DNA from: Candidatus Latescibacterota bacterium | Lineage (GTDB): Bacteria > Latescibacterota > UBA2968 > UBA8231 | Assembly (NCBI GenBank): GCA_965243025.1 | Contig: CBDETY010000003.1 | Coordinates: forward strand, 6,712,185 to 6,776,184 | DNA length: 64,000 nt | Direction: 5' to 3' | Shown: positions 61,867 to 64,000 of the stretch, piece after piece | How positions within the stretch are numbered: the stretch's first letter is position 1 | How the letters are laid out: each line of letters starts with the position of its first letter | Position numbers and translations under genes: made by a program | Notes under the pieces: generated by a model | Told to the model about the DNA's origin: nothing | Database searches by the model: none | Seen by the model: the letters and a program-made list of their open reading frames with translations, nothing else

Positions 61867-62673
61867 ATGACGGAAACGCGCCCTACGGCAGACGAGCGGG
61901 ATTTCTTCGATTCCAAGGGGTACCTGCAGCTCGATTCCCTGCTGCCCTCCGCCCTGGTCGAGCGGCTGCTGGACCGCCTGGATGCGGCAATGGAACGGCG
62001 CGCCGCGCTCGAACGGAGCGGCGTCTCCTCGAACAGCCCGGGAAAGCGGCTGGCCGTCGAGGGGGAGGACCGCCGCATCTTCCACATCCTCGACGACGAC
62101 CCGGAGTTCCTCGAGCTCGTCGACTACCCGGCCGTCATGCCGTACGTGCGGGAGCTTCTTCACGAGAAGGCCCACTTCCACGCCTCCGACGCCATCTGGG
62201 AACAGGGAGCCGCCGGGCGCGGGCCGGGGTGGCACATCGACGGCACCGACCGCGGCTACCGCAGACTGCGCCCGCGCATTCCTCTGCTTCAGCTGAAGAT
62301 CGGCTACTTCCTGTCGGACATGACCCTGCGGGACCAGGGGAACCTGATGATCGTGCCGGGGTCGCATCGCGACGACAGCGAGCCGGACCCGGAGCAGCTG
62401 TCGGGATTCGACACGCTTCCCGGGGCGATGCAGGTCTGCGGTCCTCCGGGGACCGCGGTCCTGTTTCACAACGCCCTGTGGCACTCCCAGGGCCCCAAGC
62501 GCCGCCCCGGCGGCCGGCGCATCATGCTGTACTACGCGTACGAGGTCCCCTGGGTCATCGGCAACCCCGAGCACTGGAGCTACCCGACCGGGTTCTACAA
62601 CGCCCTCTCCCCGGAGCGCCGCAAGCTGTTCCACGGATTCCTCTTCGATCCCCGGGAATACCGTTTCGCCTGA
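61867..62673 (+). CDS. phytanoyl-CoA dioxygenase (PhyH) family protein
   Basis: FFDSKGYL, WHID, IVPGSH, FHNALWH. Confidence 0.9.
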   Translation: MTETRPTADERDFFDSKGYLQLDSLLPSALVERLLDRLDAAMERRAALERSGVSSNSPGKRLAVEGEDRRIFHILDDDPEFLELVDYPAVMPYVRELLHEKAHFHASDAIWEQGAAGRGPGWHIDGTDRGYRRLRPRIPLLQLKIGYFLSDMTLRDQGNLMIVPGSHRDDSEPDPEQLSGFDTLPGAMQVCGPPGTAVLFHNALWHSQGPKRRPGGRRIMLYYAYEVPWVIGNPEHWSYPTGFYNALSPERRKLFHGFLFDPREYRFA

Positions 62674-62793
62674 GGTCGAACGGGTCCTCTTCACAGTGCG
62701 GTTCCTCAGGCCCCGGGCGTTGCACGAACCGCCATGCGGCAGGCGGGCAAGCTTGGCCTGTCTCCAGCCTGGGATATCCCTTGCGGGCAAGCG

Positions 62794-62868
62794 TGGCTGC
62801 GGCGCGAGGAGTCGAACCTCGATTTCCGGGTCCAAAGCCCGGCGTCCTGCCAGTTAGACGACGCCGCA
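62794..62868 (-). tRNA. tRNA-Gln(TTG)
   Basis: TGCGGCGTCGTCTAACTGGCAGGACGCCGGGCTTTGGACCCGGAAATCGAGGTTCGACTCCTCGCGCCGCAGCCA: cloverleaf, anticodon TTG, U1-A72, G73, encoded CCA. Confidence 0.97.
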
Positions 62869-62902
62869 AAAAAAAACCCCCGGTCGGATCATCCGCCGGG
62901 GT
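62869..62902 (-). terminator. intrinsic terminator (attenuator 3:4) directly upstream of tRNA-Gln
   Basis: CCCCGG-CGGA-TGA-TCCG-A-CCGGGG hairpin, then G and 8 T running into tRNA position 1. Confidence 0.85.
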
Positions 62903-62930
62903 CAGGTGCCAGTTCTGTTCTCTTGTTCAG

Positions 62931-63023
62931 TCAGCAAAGCGAACGTGGACAGACCCATCCCGGCGGGCTCACGACCCGCTGTCGCTGCTGCCGCTGACCG
63001 GAATGGGCTTCGCGCGTTCTCAT
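62931..63023 (-). promoter_or_regulatory. putative Gln-rich leader peptide MRTREAHSGQRQQRQRVVSPPGWVCPRSLC
   Basis: ATG to TGA, 30 aa, CAG CGG CAG CAG CGA CAG CGG cluster, lies between promoter and terminator. Confidence 0.7.
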
Positions 63024-63031
63024 GGTTTTGA

Positions 63032-63059
63032 AATGTATGGCCACAGGGAAAACCGTCAA
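63032..63059 (-). promoter_or_regulatory. sigma70 promoter of the leader/tRNA-Gln unit
   Basis: TTGACG (63059-63054), 16-bp spacer, TACATT (63037-63032), -35 overlaps the stop codon of the M48 gene. Confidence 0.7.
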
Positions 63060-63919
63060 CGACCGCGGCCGTATCCCCGCTCCAGCCTGGAGCGCATGCG
63101 CTGGAAGCGCTCGGCCTCGAGGCGCCCCCCCGGGTCGCCGGCCCTGGTTATCCGCTTCTCGATGTCGCGGATGCGCTCGGGGGTCGCCGGGTGGGTGGAC
63201 ATCAGCTTTTCGAAGCCCCCCGGCCGCCGGCCCGATTCCGCTTCGAGCAGCTTGGTGAAGAAGGTGACAAGGCCGCGGGGATCGTACCCGGCGGCGATCG
63301 TGTAGGCGACGCCGTAGCGGTCCGCCTCCCGCTCGTCATCCCTGCTGAATGCGGCCATCCCGCCGGCTTCGGCGAGGTCTGCCGCGGCCTCGGCGAGAAG
63401 CGCCGGTTCTTCCCCCAGGGCAATCGCCGCCAGCAGCTCCAGGCCGAACCGGGTCGCGAGCTGGTTGGCCGAGTGCCTCCCGACCACGTGGCCGATCTCG
63501 TGGGCGAGCACCCCGGCTATCTCCGCCTCGTTTTCCGCGAACAGCAGCAGGCCGGAGTAGAGGTAGATGAACCCTCCGGGAAGGGCGAAGGCGTTTACCT
63601 GGCGCGGATCGTCGAGGACGCGGATGCGGTAGCGGATCCCGGGCCGGTCGCGGTGGCTGGCGAGGACGAGGGGCCGGCCGATCTCGGCGGCGTAGCGCTG
63701 GATTTCCGAGTCCGGCAGAACCGGCTGCTCCGCTTCGATCTCCCGGGAGAGCCTGCGTCCGAGTTCGATCTCGGTCTCCGGCGGGACCAGGCTCCTTCCC
63801 AGCTGCTGCCGGACCCCGGCGCAACCGCTGAGGGCGACCAGCAGCAGAAGGAGTGCCGGGGTACCGAGGCAGCGAGGGCCGCGGTCGGCCGCAGTCGCCG
63901 ACCTTGCGAACTGGCGCAT
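63056..63919 (-). CDS. M48 family metallopeptidase (BepA/LoiP-like lipoprotein)
   Basis: LSGC lipobox, VNAFALPGG, LAHEIGH, EREAD, STHP. Confidence 0.93.
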   Translation of the reverse strand: MRQFARSATAADRGPRCLGTPALLLLLVALSGCAGVRQQLGRSLVPPETEIELGRRLSREIEAEQPVLPDSEIQRYAAEIGRPLVLASHRDRPGIRYRIRVLDDPRQVNAFALPGGFIYLYSGLLLFAENEAEIAGVLAHEIGHVVGRHSANQLATRFGLELLAAIALGEEPALLAEAAADLAEAGGMAAFSRDDEREADRYGVAYTIAAGYDPRGLVTFFTKLLEAESGRRPGGFEKLMSTHPATPERIRDIEKRITRAGDPGGRLEAERFQRMRSRLERGYGRGR

Positions 63920-64000
63920 GGCGTTACTGGTGAGCCTGTCTCAGGCTCGTCCCCCCCGGGGATGGGTCCATTTTTTCCGGAGGGCCCGCAAGACCATGAG

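Noticed and set aside
62674-62868. Integrative element at the tRNA 3' end
   Set aside because: No integrase and no duplicated tRNA 3' end were noticed. Only a 10-bp repeat GCGGGCAAGC and a short palindrome are present.
62869-63030. 6S or SRP RNA upstream of the tRNA
   Set aside because: It lacks the SRP GNRA/helix-8 motif and the 6S end-to-end rod. The attenuator model explains the pairings better.

Overview
High-GC, gene-dense bacterial chromosome segment. The gene repertoire (FlgD-Ig-tailed secreted proteins, DUF6785/DUF6784-like membrane proteins, ASPIC/UnbV FG-GAP proteins, PhyH dioxygenases, sulfatase) suggests Ca. Latescibacterota or a related FCB-group lineage, but this is inference. 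The left half (1-38 kb) is accessory catabolic and cell-envelope DNA. It holds two copies of a 'FlgD-tailed protein(s) + DUF6785-like membrane protein(s)' module and a putative outer-membrane protein/lipoprotein/PPIase cassette. The right half is mostly core metabolism: ilvC-leuA-leuC-leuD-orf-leuB-cimA-argJ-aminotransferase-accA, queC/queF, ispH, an MntR/DtxR regulator and tRNA-Gln. The main discovery is that tRNA-Gln(UUG) lies directly behind a promoter, a 30-aa leader ORF containing QRQQRQR, mutually exclusive 1:2/2:3/3:4 helices and an intrinsic terminator. This looks like a ribosome-mediated attenuator that controls a tRNA gene through codons for its own amino acid. Also notable are an Ile/Leu-rich leader upstream of ilvC and a structured 93-bp tandem array that starts inside the 3' end of accA. 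No CRISPR array, integrase or transposase was seen. All family assignments come from motif recognition by eye, not from database searches.
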